Shown here: one piece after another, positions 39,473 to 51,612 of the stretch
Layout of the letters: the number at the start of each line of letters is the position of its first letter
Position numbering within the stretch: position 1 is the first letter of the stretch
DNA from: Trichoplax adhaerens
Lineage: Eukaryota; Animalia; Placozoa
DNA: 64,000 nucleotides
Reading direction: 5' to 3'
Assembly: GCF_000150275.1 (NCBI RefSeq)
Contig: NW_002060948.1
Coordinates: 5,130,336 to 5,194,335, forward strand
Notes under the pieces: model-generated
Told to the model about the DNA's origin: nothing
Seen by the model: the letters and a program-made list of their open reading frames with translations, nothing else
Database searches by the model: none
Program-made: the position numbers and the translations under genes

Positions 39473-41908
39473 ATGAAAGGTGAGTTTGCCAGTCCGACAC
39501 AACTTGTGAGTTGTAAATATTATCCAAAAGTCATCGATTACCGAAAATCACTGCACAGAGAAAATTAATGACTATACACTTATTGATTCCTTCTTGATTA
39601 CAGAAAGTTTCACTTCATTTATATCTTATTATTCTTATATTAGCCATGGTTGAATAGTAAGTGCATGTCAGCATGACTTTTTAATTTCCCATACGTATTT
39701 TGTACTGTGCCTGCTTTATTATTACAATTTTATGACCATTTTGAAATGAGTAGCACTTTTACATGAAGCAATACTCAATTTAATGCTCTACTGTAATTGA
39801 CCATTATATTGAAATTCTGCATCTTGTCAAAGATCAACTACAGTAGATAAACGTACATTACTTTGAAACTACTGAAAGAAATACATGCAATGGCAACAGA
39901 TGTTATCGTCTCCAAACTCCCGTTTCATGCTGGTATTACATTAGCAGCAACAACATATAAATCGTTACACAGTAACAGTAATATCAATCGATCCGTTAAA
40001 AAAGCAACTACCAAAAATCGTCGTCGTAAAGGAACGCGAAAGCCACTGAGCAAATCAAGCGAAAGTGTCACACGAAAAGGCTCCAATTCAATCGACAATG
40101 GAAACAATTGCGAAATAATTTATCAGAGTGGCGAAGAAACGCTACACAGTGAGTCCTCTATTGAAGTTATTGATGTTAATAAAGGGCAAGAAACTATTAA
40201 ATCTGCAAAGAGTAAGGGTCGATTAATTAGCAGGGGAATAAAATCTGCTACCAAAGGTAATACTGAAGTATTGTTATCAAATTTAAATTTTAATTTGCGT
40301 TTCTTTAACTGTTAAACTGCAAATGCTTCAGCTATGATTATTTGCTTATTACATCAAACGACAGAACATAGTTATTTGTTAATTGCTTAGAAATCAGATT
40401 GTGAATATGTAGTATGTTAATTATATCTAATTGGATATCTTGTTTCATAACATGATCGATATCACCCTTAACAGTAGATTTAACCTTTCATACATGGTAC
40501 TGTATTTTATGAATTAATGTATTCTTGCTTTAAAAAATATCACTATTCATGCAGATCCAAGAGAGAATCGAAAATCCTCTAAGAAGCATAAGACTAAACT
40601 AAAACTAACAAACAGAATAAAAACAGTTCAAAATTTTACCGATATTAACTCCAACGATATTAAGATAAAAATTCAAAAAATAACAAAAGGAATCTCAGAT
40701 TTACACACAAGTCAGCTAAAAACGAAAGATTATGGTATCAAGTCAAATATCAATTCCACTATAACCCTACCACAGATTCCGAAAGTTATACAAGCGTCTA
40801 ATGCATCCGGAAAGAAGCTACCACAATCACGTATTTATTTATCTGAGAAACAAAGTAAAGGTCTACATGAAGGCATTAGCGCAGCACCGCCGTGTACACC
40901 TGAAAATGGTTAGGATTCAATAGTTTATTGCAGTATATTATACCTTATATGGATTAGGATAAAAATTGCCCTTATGCAACCAATGATGGTCTATGAGACT
41001 ACTTTTCACATAGAACTTAAACAAAGTTTCGTATATATATCAAATTTATAATTTTAATGATTACCAACTCTTTTTTATCGATTTAATCAGAATTTGCTAA
41101 GAATTTTTTGTATATTCCTTCGTTATCGGATATTAGGGTAAGAATTTTGATTAATGTTTACCATTACAACTGCAATAGAGCGATTTTGTTGTTGCGACTT
41201 TTAGCCACAATAGCATAAAAAATATTCTAAATTTCATCATAATTCTTTTTAAAGAGCCAGCGAGCTATTAAGAATAGATTGATTAAGCTGCGTAAGTACA
41301 TTATTATTATGTTTATTTCAATACTAAATACGTATGATGCATATACATTTATTGAAAGCTTTGATTAAAATACATATCATATTGAGATTTATTGGCACGG
41401 AGTAGTGGACACAGCATAGTATACTGATCATTATTTATTTAAAAATAATAAGTTTCTATACATTCGTATACATTTGTGTATATAATTACTTGCAGGATAT
41501 TGTAATTCTCCTTTGTAACTTATTCAAATTATGAGATGCAATTAACATTATATCAACCTTGATTGCTTGGTTGTAAAGTGTGTATAAATTTATAATATCA
41601 TAGAAAAAATTTATAACGAGAAGGAAGAAAAAGAGAAAATGCGACAATTGCAATCTGAAGAAAACACTAAAAAGAAGTCCAAAATAAATAGTACTAATCA
41701 ATTAAAAAGTTGGCAGAGAATGCAGGTATATTTTCTTACCATTTCTTGTTAACAATACCAAATTCGATAATTCTTTTACTTGTCAATAAGGTTGCTTCTT
41801 GTCTTATTTGAATAGATTTACAGCTTAAATAATATCCTAGCAGAAATTGAAGAAAGAAATTTTCAACAATTTAGCCTTAGTATGACAGCTAACCTCGACC
41901 AATCATGA
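39473..41908 (+). CDS. ~338-aa basic protein with a C-terminal SVBP/CCDC23-like (small vasohibin-binding) helix
   Basis: Phase-compatible exons 39473-39479 (tentative), 39900-40256, 40555-40908, 41091-41137, 41255-41291, 41604-41725 and 41816-41908. The C-terminus QLKSWQRMQIYSLNNILAEIEERNFQQFSLSM resembles human SVBP [32 protein letters not shown] (recalled, not searched). Confidence 0.72.
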
Positions 41909-42966
41909 TATCTATATATACCTTTATAAACTTTTTCTTAGATAAGAGGAAATGCGTATTTAAACCGATCCATGACATGGCAAAACCAATCTATTTCGTT
42001 ACCCACTGTAGAAGAATTTACATAAATTATCATTTGATGCCATATATCAAAAACAAGCATGTAAATTGTTTCATTGTTTATTAGATAAAAATATGACGTG
42101 TGGCAATTTGCACAAAGCACGTAAATATTATACCTTTGATATATCGCATTTATTACATGTAGGAAAGCAATTTATAATATTACTTTCCAGTTGATCAAAA
42201 GCAATAAGTAATAAAAGATTAAATCTATCCAAACACCAAGACACTCTAACGGAATATTCTTATTATGTAAATTATTGAAAATCGCTTGATATACTCGTAT
42301 TTATGTTTTTTAATACGTAATTTGAATGCAATGATGCCAGTAAGCGTGTAGTAACTTCAAAGTACAAATATATGATATCGTAGCGATTAACCTGTATCCT
42401 ATCGTATTCCTAATTGACTTTTCTTTCATTTGAGAAAAAAAGTGTACAGTGTATAGCCGCACATTTCATGCTGCATGATAAAGGTTGTCGTCTATCAAAA
42501 TTATAACGCCTCTTTATTTGACTAAGAACTCGATTTTGTTCATGATATCGATCTGTTCACCATTGAATCATCCGTGTGTTATCTTGTAGATAATGCTACA
42601 AAATCCAGATCAGAAATTCGATGCTCGATCGTTGCTATTATTACTATTACTAGTAAATCACCCATTCAAGTAAAAGGGAAAGATCTTTTACACAAAGCAA
42701 TACATTAAAGTGTACAGTGAGGTTATCTTACTCTAATCCTTCCTAGATCGGTACAATGCCTATAAAAGATAGATATGGTGTGGTAATTCATTTTTATTAC
42801 TATACTCCTCCAAAAGTCTCGCTTATATTTTTCTTTCCTTTTAGAGTACCTGCTATAAAATAGAATAAACATGAAGCAAGGCCCTTAAATATTGACCCAA
42901 CTCAAGCATGTAGGCAAAGCAGTTACAATTCCACACTTCTGAATTTCTTAAAATTAAAGTGACGCC

Positions 42967-42973
42967 AAAAAAA
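42967..42973 (-). terminator. Pol III oligo-T terminator of the 5S gene
   Basis: An A7 run on + reads T7 on -, about 15 nt downstream of the 5S 3' end. Confidence 0.7.
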
Positions 42974-42988
42974 GAAATAAGTAGGGGC

Positions 42989-43106
42989 GCCTACGGCATG
43001 GGGTATTCCCAAGCGGTCACCCATCTAAGTACTAACCCCACTCGACGTTGCTTAACTTCCGTGATCAGACGAGAACGGGTGTATTCAACGTGATGTGGTC
43101 GTAGGC
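42989..43106 (-). rRNA. 5S rRNA gene (single dispersed copy)
   Basis: The reverse complement GCCTACGACCACATCACGTTGAATACACCCGTTCTCGTCTGATCACGGAAGTTAAGCAACGTCGAGTGGGGTTAGTACTTAGATGGGTGACCGCTTGGGAATACCCCATGCCGTAGGC has the A box, the C box and the terminal helix GCCTAC/GTAGGC. Confidence 0.97.
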
Positions 43107-43124
43107 ATCTACATACAACACGAT

Positions 43125-43136
43125 TCTCATTTTATA
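43125..43136 (-). promoter_or_regulatory. TATA element at -30 of the 5S gene
   Basis: TATAAAATGAGA on the - strand starts 30 nt upstream of the 5S +1. Confidence 0.65.
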
Positions 43137-43412
43137 TCATGGTATTCGGATTATTTCAAGTCTGCTATTACTATCCCAAACTGATACAGTTCTATTTGTG
43201 ATGGGAAGTCTGTACTTACTTCCATTAGCCAGAGCCTCTCCGATATCCTACTTTGATCTCTAGTCAATCATGTTGTTTGCTAACTACTTGCCTGTATCGT
43301 TTTGCACATACAGTACTCTACTCTACGGTATGATTCGTGCAGTAGTCATCTACTGGTATCGGTAGGTTAACAGTCAATTATTATAAAATCAGAGGACTCT
43401 ACCATGACTCTT

Positions 43413-43516
43413 GGATGAGATAGATACGTTGTGCAAGTAAATACTAGTCTTGGCCAGGGTTAGATGTGTTGCTATCCCCGTGGGGCTAAGACCGGCAAAT
43501 ACCAAACAGTATTTTT
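43413..43516 (+). ncRNA. Candidate unidentified ~100-nt structured Pol III-type small RNA
   Basis: TATAAAATCAGA at 43382 (-31), a GG start, the stems GTCTTGGCC/GGCTAAGAC and GGGTTAG/CTATCCC, and a T5 run at 43512-43516. Confidence 0.45.
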
Positions 43517-44557
43517 GAGCGTGAAGGTTAATAAAGTCATTTATTGCGAGGTTGAAACCTTTAGTTAACCCTAAAACAGGGTCATCAGCATGGACTAAAT
43601 GTACTGTACACTGTACAGTACAGTACAGTATACAGTAGGTACAGTACTAACAGGTTAGTACGGTTTGTACAGTACTGTACTGTACAGTATTATGCGTTCA
43701 ACCAGGTGATACGGCAAATGCATTGTACAGTACTGTACTGCAGTCATCAGCGTGTCACGTGGAAATTTTGTCATAAGATCCTCAGTCAAACATGACGTAT
43801 TACGTCACTCAGTTCTGTCCGTTTCTGAGCTACTCAAAAATTGTACAGATCTTACCAGATCGACCGTAATTCAAAATGATGGATTCATCATTTTACTAGC
43901 AATCAGTCAGTCAGCATAGATGTAAAATAGATCTATCTATCTTGGCTACTGCCTTTCCTTGAGTGTAGTACTACCAATACAGAAGGCGTAAATATTTATT
44001 TATCCGGCTGAACGCTTTCCATGTTGCATTAGCAAAAGTTGACGTAATGAGTAACATAATTATTCACTGAGAACACACCAGTACTGTACTGTACGGTACT
44101 GCCGCATGATGACGCGTTTACGCTTCAATTTTTACGGTGAAGCCAAGCAATGCCACATGTATCACTCAAGGTACAGTACAGTACACATGGTATTACGGTA
44201 CCTCGTATGTACGAACGTTCAGTAACCACGTACTATTACGGTTGACACCGTTCACTACACTCCAGTGGCTATTATGATCGTGCCGATTGGACGCCTAGGA
44301 TTGGCTTTGCTTACAACTAGTGTCAACCCACGTTGACGATTTCAATTCTCAGTGAGTGAATCATTTTATGCACGTCAACAACTGTGCAAGCCAACTTTCT
44401 CTACCGACGTTCTTGTCCAATTTTCAGTTCAAAGAGAAAATTGGTGGCCTAGTTTTAGACTGTCCGAAGATAATTCTGCCATTGCATTTTGAATCTCTAG
44501 TCCATTTATATCTACTAGCTGTATCGTCTTGGTTTTTAGCTCCAATTCTGTGCTAAA

Positions 44558-47500
44558 ATGTCCAGTTTTCGAATGATTGTGGTAGGATTATTTTTGGTCT
44601 TCACTGTAGCCCCTTCAGCTTCCAGTGGTTATACCAATCCTTGTCAATCGCAGCAATACGGTCAAAGATTAAAAAGTTTAAGCAATATCGTGTAAGTCAT
44701 GATTTATTCTAGCTAATGTACAGACTGTCTAGTTGTAAATGGATAGATACATTGAAATCACTGCCATTAGACTACAGCCATCGCTCAAGTGGGCCGATTT
44801 TGCAAAGAAATGGCGTCTTCAAGCAAGGGTGCAATGCACTCTTTCATACGTCTTGTAAATTAGTGCTGATACAATTCAGTCTAGGACTAGTGAATGGCCG
44901 GAGAAACTGCTATGGACAGTCAATTTTTTAAAATTGCAGACTTGATCAATGAAATATTGGCTAGTTGTTTGTTGGAGTGGATTAGGATAGACGACTTGAC
45001 ATGGATTCATTTTGCTGATCAATCGCAGCTCTTTCGATCATAAGCGTCTAGAGAACAGTTATTAGGCCGTTACAACGTATCTTCAGCAATAGCTTTTGCT
45101 CTGCCATGTCAATTTCACCGTCCAATTACGGCACTACTGTACATGATGGCACAATTAAACTGTATGACCATTGCAATATCTGCTTAAGGGAAAAGACTGA
45201 TGTTCATTTATTTGTAGTTGTATAAGTTCATTCATATGGTTGTGATAGAATGAATACCTTCATTCTAAACCAGATTTCCATGCAGATTGATTGTCTATTG
45301 CTCAATTTGTAGTAGCTTTTATACCAGCGTACTTATACAATATCAGAGTTGTACCATACCAACAATATACTAAAATGATTTGTTTATGGTGCATGACTTT
45401 TTATACCTTGGCTGAAATAGGCATTTTGCATACCGTCTTCTCACTTTGCCCAATTCTAATAGCAATTACTGTAGTACTGTAACTACACCGTAACTATCTA
45501 TGTTCAGGGTATTGCTGTACAGTGGACATACTAAGCAGACTGCCATAATATCGCTTTCTGTACATTATCATACACTGTACCAGACCTCTGCAAACCAAGT
45601 TACAAGTAAGCCCAAAGTGAGTTAGAATTGAAATGATATAGCCGTAGCTATTGTGTGCAACACCTGTTGGTATAACAACCATTTCTTCTTATAAGTCTCA
45701 TAGAGAATGGAATATCACTATAGTTTATTAGACAAATAAATGAATCATGCTAAAGCACAAAATTCCTGCTTAGGAGATAACTACACCATTGCACCTAGTA
45801 ATGAATGAATTGTGGTAAAGCATTAAATACATTCGTTCAGTCATTGCAATGATCTGATAGCATTAGTGGATTTTGAAATTCTCAATCTACAAGGAAGAGC
45901 TAGCGGTTTTCATATTTCGGGTAGATTGGTGTTTGGTGGCAATTAAGTTGTACCTTTATTTGTACATACGCTATATAATTTGGCACCTGCAGTTATTGTA
46001 ATAATAATTAAAAACTCTTTTACCTTCAAATTATTAAATTAGGTTTAAAGGCGAAGACAAAAATTACAAATTTGACATCAGAATTTGTCATGACGTAGAC
46101 AAGTATGCTGGTGCTGCTATCGTTCAATTCGACAAGAAAGACAGTAAAAATTATACTATTGGAAAGACTGCAAATCTTACCGTTAAGGCTGGATGTAAGT
46201 CATGCATTATGTAATCGAAAAGTTATACTATTAAGCTAAAATGTGCCTTCTAGTTAATCTTTGACTATTTCAACAATTAATTCTATATTATTTACCACCT
46301 AGCAAATTGAGCTCAATTTATACTGTATTGCGTATACTTGTATAATCATAATTTTTGTAGTACTGTTGCACTGTTCATCAATCATCATCACGAAGTACGT
46401 GTATGCGGCTGATTAATTGAAATGGTAGCAAGTTAGAGTTGCATTTTACTTGTTTCCATTTCCAAACTGGTAGAATGATTCTGCAATAGGATTTAAACTT
46501 AAAATTCAATTGATATTACTGCGTTTTTGAATGTTATGAATGCGTAAAATTTTATACTGAATTTATAAATATATAAATGGAAACTGGTAGCATTTCTTAT
46601 AATTCGATTATAACTATTATCTTGGTAGCCAACTGGATGTTACTGACTTATGGAGACGGAGATGCTTATAAAAGCCACTGCAATAAAAGACCGCGTAAAG
46701 GGTTAATAATGCTAACCTGTGCTGCTGGTACTTCGGTAAGGGTAATAACTAATAAAATGATATTATAACTGATGTCATTGCGAGTTAAGTATTTTTGGTT
46801 CAAGCCTAAAGAAGTTTAATATTTAAGAGTTTCTTATTTTCGAATAACTGATATAGTAAGCGTATAGGATAGAATCGTGAATATACTGATGTAAAGACTT
46901 CAAACGTGACTACTAATCACGTTATCTCTTTTTTTATTCGTAATTACTATCATAGAGCACAGTGAAGGTACTAGAAGAGTATAGAGAGACAACTCCGGTG
47001 ACGAATGACTGCTATTATCTATTCGAAATAGCTACTGGTGCCTCGTGTGGAAATGATAACGGGCCACCTTTACCTCTAAGTCCTGGATCTATTTTTGTAA
47101 TAGTGTAAGTTTTTATGTGTGCTAGTATTCAGCTAGCTCAACACACTAGTAGCATGGTCATCCAAATAGCTAACGACAAGGTATACCACCATTAGTGTTA
47201 TAGCACTTCTGGCTGGCTTTCTTGTTTTAGGTATACTATTGAAATGTCTGCTATATGGAGCTCGCGGAAAGGAGGCCGTTCCATGTTATGATCTTTGGAC
47301 TACTTTCTTTACCTTGCAAGCGGTAAGTTATCAATTATTGTGAATAGGTAAAATTTTGTTGATTATTGTTTCAAAAATTAATGCATTTTGAAACTTGGAT
47401 ATCGTATTATTCAAATATAACTCAATTGTGACTTGAATTAGCTAAACTTTGCTGTAAATTAATTCAATTTCATTATGTGGTTGAAACTTGAATTAGAGAT

Positions 47501-47860
47501 GATAATAAATTTTGATCGGAACTGATATTATTCTTGTGTATGATATGTAGGATGGTTGTGACTATATGTGTCGGTGTAAGAAATCGTTTACTTCGACTGG
47601 CGATTGGGAAAATCGCGATAATGATTATTCTGTAAGTAAATATTATTAAACGCATTGCAAATTTACCTTGTGTTAAGACTGTACGTTACACAGGTGTAGC
47701 TATATATCAATAATTTATCAGTAAGCTATGATAGGTTACTGTATCGCTATACTAACTATTTACTTTACTTTACTCGTATACTTTTTTTAATTTCGTTCAA
47801 CAGCCGGAACTCTTTCAAGATAAGAAATCTAGCGCCGATGATCGCTTACTTTCGCCGTAG
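44558..47860 (+). CDS. M6PR: Cation-dependent-type (46 kDa) mannose-6-phosphate receptor
   Basis: Exons 44558-44691, 46043-46194, 46629-46735, 46956-47104, 47196-47322, 47551-47631 and 47804-47860 splice in frame. They give the signal peptide MSSFRMIVVGLFLVFTVAPSASS, one MRH domain (IRIC..AAIVQ..SNWMLLTYGDGDAYKSHCNKRPRKGLIMLTC..LEEY..DCYYLFE), LSPGSI plus a TM helix, DGCDYMCR and the C-terminal acidic dileucine DDRLLSP*. Confidence 0.93.
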
Positions 47861-49021
47861 ACATCACGGAACATGTATGAAAATTTACAAGTTTGGTTGG
47901 CTTGTTATTCGCTTCGAGGACTATGATAAGAATTGGATGAAAGCTTTTTTGATGTCATTGTTGTATAATGGTACTATTAATTACTCGTCTATTACACTGC
48001 ATTGAAGTCTGTACTATATGGTATATGACATTCCGTGTTTAGAATATTGATAGATATTTTTAAGACTTATCAAAGTTCACGAATGTATTGCAGATATTAT
48101 GCAATAACCACCTTTCAAATCGATATTTTAGTTTAATGATATGAACTTCGATTATTATTTAAATTCTAAGATAGTACGACATTTTTGCCTATATTGCCAT
48201 AAAGACAATTGTGAAAAGGTGTTACCTTCGAAATAAATCATATGATAGATACCAGTATTTACAGAGTATTTTAGCGTGTGCGTAAGTTTCTGAAAGGTCA
48301 AGATATAAATTGTGACAGATTTTAAATCATGAAATTAAGTACTACATTGATATTATAACAATTAAGTGAAATTTTTTCAGTTAAAAGCTAGTCAATTGTT
48401 ATTGGAATAGGGGAAAGAGCGTTAAGGTCGTACATACTTTCTAACCTGTACAGCCACTTATATAATAACTGATGAGCATAATTTTGAAATAGTATGGCGG
48501 AGTTGGTAGGAGACTGTGCTGTAATCGATACGTAAAATAAAATTTTACCCTTCCTTTCATTGATTACCGATGCTAGAAATTATATTGATTGGCTCCATTA
48601 ACTAGATCGACTCGTAATTACAACGATGCGATGTAGATATTGCTCTATAATGGTGCCTCAATTCAAAGTACAATAATGAATTAGTACCAATTGGATCTTC
48701 CAACATGGAAGTTTAACAAATGATGGATCATAACTGTACCTGTAACCAGTTCGTGTTGCAATAACATGACAAAGTTTGATGTAAAACTTGGGAGATCGTG
48801 ATTTATTAATAAATGTCAAAATGAATAGCAGTTTGTCGCTATTTACACATCTGATAAATGGAGCTCCTAGCTAATGCTGAATCTCAAAATCTTTTAACCG
48901 TTACTCATTGCTATATATAAAGTTTAGAGAAATTTTAACGTTCAATACCGCCAAATTAGCCACGTTTGATCTCTCTAAATAGCTTACGCGTATATACCTT
49001 GAATTAGAATGTCGATTTTAA

Positions 49022-51310
49022 CTAGATCATCAGGTTTATTCCAGTATGATCAAACTCGTAAATACATCCGTTTTTACTGGAAAATACTTTCAAACACTGT
49101 TAACCGGCGTGTCGCATAAATAGGCTTAGCATAATGTGAACATGTATATTCATAATATTTTGTAAAGGTGTGTTATTAACTTAACTTAAATTACATTATT
49201 CACTATGAAAGCTAGCTGTAAAATTTATTTGCTCTAGGTTATATGAACAGAGGCTTTATTAATTTCCTCTATTCTTCTACCCAGTTGTAGTCTATTTAAG
49301 TTAGTTGTACTGTTTTAAATTTTCCAGTCTGCGCAACATTTGCAGTGGTCACTTTAGGTTAAAAATCGAATCTATTTGATGCCACGTAGCATTTCATCAT
49401 TAGGCTGTCCATAAAGGTCATTTGTGGCATATGGGCAGCGATCCTTAATTTCCTTTATTCTCCCACCAAGTAGTAATCCTTTTTAGTCGAGCCACTACAA
49501 ATTTTCCAGTCTATGTAATACACACAATGGTTGCTTTATGTTAAAGTCAAGATCAGTTTCGATATCATATATATTCAAAAATGAATTCGTAATTTATCGA
49601 TAAGTAAAGTGGTAACGAAAGTCTTACCTGGTCAATTCTTTCGCTTATTTTTACATGTGAGTACAGATGTCGTATAGTACTTGAATAACGATGTGATAAG
49701 TCCTTTGTATCATTCATCAAATCTATAGTATATAAGGTCGAATGTACAACATATCGTCGAATTTATTAGAAACACTACAGAAATTGACTGCTGCTACGAT
49801 TACTTCAGTGAACCAAGATGATAATATTACCTTGTTTCGGATGAGGACTATTGATTAAACTTTGGATCTTGGTGCTTGCAGCAAGATATTTACTATATAA
49901 TACGGAACTAATTTTATTGAGCATGGATTCATTCTCCTTATGGTTGTTATTCGTATGTGGAGACTTGGGTCGATGATATGGCTGATTTGTATGATTACTG
50001 TAATAGAGAAATTGCTTCATGAGCAAGCATAACTACATACTATTTCTATTGATTCAAAACATTTATTTTGATACCCATTAAAAAGCTACTTTGATAAACT
50101 GTATCGTTTAATATCCTAAATTAGGCTATAGAACTATAATCGGTTGCTTACTTCCACAGAGCCTTATCATCCATTTCATGTTGCTTCTTTTTGATAACGG
50201 GTTCATTACGTTCCAAGGGAATGCTTTCTTTTTCTGAACATCATTTAGTCAAATATAAGATAGGACAATCTTAAAATTGTAAGCTATAATAATAAATTAA
50301 TCAACTTTAGACCAACTTACTCTTACTCTCGACAACTATAAGTTGTAATCCTCGAGTAGGTGATGGCTTAACTTTAGTGGCATCCAAATTCTGATCAATA
50401 AGTTCAAAAATAGTAATTTACCATGAAGCAAAATCGTCTTATCCTATGACTCATAATACGTATATCGTATATAGGCTTCATAAATATTTCAAGTCTCTTT
50501 GAAAGCGAAGTATTGTCGCAAGAGCAACTTACCAATTGACAAAGTTTATAATAACAATGTACAATTTATCATTTGAGGCATATCCTCTTCTTCCAAGTTA
50601 TACAAGTGATTAGAATTATTACCTGTTATTTAGGTACGATAGATGAATCTAAGCAGTACCACAGTTAATTAAGTAATACTGTACTGTATCATGCACATGG
50701 TAAGATAGGAACATACAGCAATAAAGTGAATATAAGCGATTCTATTTCGTAACCCTTTCATGTCTAGCAACTGGAAATGAATACACAGTCATTATATCGG
50801 CATATTTTGTTAAACTAGGTAGATCTATCTACCGTGGAATCAAGACTCAAAATACCCTCGACAATGTTGTATTTTGCCATAAAATGATCGGCTGACGTAT
50901 TATCGTACTAGTCAGCGAGACGATGACTACGTTAAACATTTACGATCAACAAATTCCTCTTTTCGACTAGCTTATCAACGTATCAAGTCAGGTTACATCT
51001 AAATAGGAGTCTCCAATTATTTCTTTAACCTTTAAGTTGTTGATATTATTATCGACTTACAAAAATTTTCACAAAGTTAATTCCGTTACATATATGGGAA
51101 TGCTCTGGATGTTCTGACGATGAATGACTTTGATTTTTACTTTTAGTCCAAATTCCTAGACAAGTTTCTTGCCAGTAACCTTGTTCTCGTGTGATGGTTG
51201 ATGGATCAACCTCTTGTTGATCATCTTTTTCATTGTCTACTTTCCCCATTAGGCCATGAAGTAGTTGGAGAGAGCTTGTCAGCAGAGAAACGCCATTCAA
51301 GGCATTAACT
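49022..51310 (-). CDS. Uncharacterised multi-exon gene (ends uncertain)
   Basis: Four consecutive GT-AG exons (50390-50321, 50233-50152, 49997-49831, 49722-49628) splice with matching phases and no stops (NLDATKVKPSPTRG...HVKISERIDQ). Probable further exons lie at ~51310-51061 and ~49096-49022. No family was recognised. Confidence 0.45.
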
Positions 51311-51612
51311 TAAGGATGATGGCTGTGTTTACTGAAATTGCTTACAAGGAATTTGCCACGTTCCTGGTATGAACGCTAGTTCTACCTGATACAGTACTGT
51401 AATGTCCATGGGCTAATATGGCTCACACAGACTTACAGTGGCACAGTCACGCAGTACGAGTCAGCAACTCAACTTGCATACCAACTCCGTGTCCTCTGTC
51501 CTGTTGTCCAAAGGCACGGGTGGGGACACTTGAACTGGATCCGAGGCGGCATTCCGAGCACCATTCGCAAATTGCAATTGGCGACATGATTTCCATTGCA
51601 CATAGAACGACA

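Noticed and set aside
41938-42600. Possible small - strand exons downstream of the 5S gene
   Set aside because: No consistent reading frame or recognisable product.
43441-43526. U5 snRNA or U3 snoRNA identity for the candidate RNA (ATACT start, CCGTGG, Sm-like ATTTTTGAG, box-B-like GAGCGTGAAG)
   Set aside because: The invariant U5 loop GCCTTTTAC is absent, and U3 boxes A/A', C and D are not found in the right order.
43456-43581. Telomerase-RNA template-like words: CTAACCCT on - at ~43456-43463 and TAACCCTAA on + at 43566-43574
   Set aside because: Both fall inside predicted hairpins, whereas a template must be single-stranded. No pseudoknot, CR4/5 or H/ACA elements are visible, and the + copy runs into TACAG repeats.
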